The notes below the pieces were generated by a model that made no database searches, had not been told where the DNA came from, and saw only the letters and a list, made by a program, of their open reading frames with translations. The translations under genes and the position numbers were made by a program. Positions 62,074 to 62,536 of a stretch of DNA of 62,536 nucleotides are shown piece by piece (within the stretch, counting starts at the first letter, position 1; each line of letters begins with the position of its first letter). Source of the DNA: a virus (Duplodnaviria > Caudoviricetes); the IMG/VR virus record IMGVR_UViG_3300017991_000116, positions 1-62,536 of that record. One strand, written 5' to 3'.

Positions 62074-62101
62074 AACATACTACATAGACGCGGATTGTCA
62101 A
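62074..62101 (-). promoter_or_regulatory. Early-type promoter
   Basis: TTGACA-16-TATGTT. Confidence 0.7.
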
Positions 62102-62126
62102 GGAGGTCTGACGCTCTTCGATCACT

Positions 62127-62536
62127 TTATTCAGGAAGTGCCTCCGGACCGTTGGACGGGGACGGGGGTGGGGGCCGGCTGATGTACTGCTGCTCCTCTT
62201 CCTCTTCCTCGTAGGCCACCACGAACTGAGGTTTGCAAACCCACGAGCTCTGGCAGTCGAAGCACATCCACTTGGCTTCGGGCACGTTGTCGGTCGCTCC
62301 CCGGATGACCCGGATGCTCTGCACTTCGTAGACACTGCCGTCCTCGCGTGTCTTCGCCATCTCGTGGCTCTCTGCCAAGCAGTAGGGGCACACTTCCCCT
62401 GGGCACCACACGGCGCGTTTAGCGGGCAGTTCCGGGGGCGTGCCGGCCGATTCCCTGTAGGGGCTCGAGGCGAGGAGCTGAGGCTTGTCCTTCACGAGCT
62501 TCTCGATGCGACGGAGCCCTTCGAAGATGTGACCGA
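62127..62536 (-). CDS. Zinc-ribbon protein, 5' end outside window
   Basis: CPYC...CFDC; frame appears open to the window edge. Confidence 0.5.
   Translation of the reverse strand, partial: GHIFEGLRRIEKLVKDKPQLLASSPYRESAGTPPELPAKRAVWCPGEVCPYCLAESHEMAKTREDGSVYEVQSIRVIRGATDNVPEAKWMCFDCQSSWVCKPQFVVAYEEEEEEQQYISRPPPPSPSNGPEALPE

Noticed and set aside
1-62536. Alternative genetic code or stop-codon reassignment
   Set aside because: Conserved genes are full length under the standard code, and TAG, TGA and TAA all terminate genes.
1-62536. Reverse transcriptase systems (retron, DGR), integrase or transposase
   Set aside because: No ORF with RT, recombinase or DDE transposase motifs was recognised in this window.

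Overview
A 62.5 kb segment of a large, GC-rich (about two-thirds G+C by eye) tailed dsDNA phage genome, coded almost entirely on the minus strand. 1-12.7 kb is a T4-type head and packaging module: neck gp13-like, major capsid gp23-like, protease-scaffold fusion, core proteins, portal gp20-like, TerL and putative TerS. 12.7-41 kb holds a family A DNA polymerase, a histone-like/wHTH protein, a 1,724-aa putative virion-packaged kinase/ADP-ribosyltransferase, ParB-like, two SSBs, RuvC, dCMP deaminase, Cas4-like nuclease, RecA, SF2 helicase, dNMP kinase, primase, DnaB, a DnaC-like loader, a lambda-O-like initiator containing three 23-bp iterons, and a MoxR-VWA pair. 41-62.5 kb is an accessory/early region of short genes, each cassette led by a CTTGACAAT-type sigma70 promoter. 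It includes UDG, ThyX, a DHH phosphoesterase, an SGNH hydrolase, a lysozyme-like protein and a 4-gene inverted envelope island. The best candidate for an undescribed system is a 450-nt non-coding block (53684-54134) where a CCA-ended tRNA-like element with a defective anticodon arm sits between two highly structured RNAs. Other leads: a probable -1 frameshift in a head core gene, a 16-bp palindrome found twice 28 kb apart, leaderless starts exactly 6 nt after the -10 box, and terminator-like hairpins with poly-C loops. All calls come from motif reading by eye; no searches or folding programs were run, and the host is not established.
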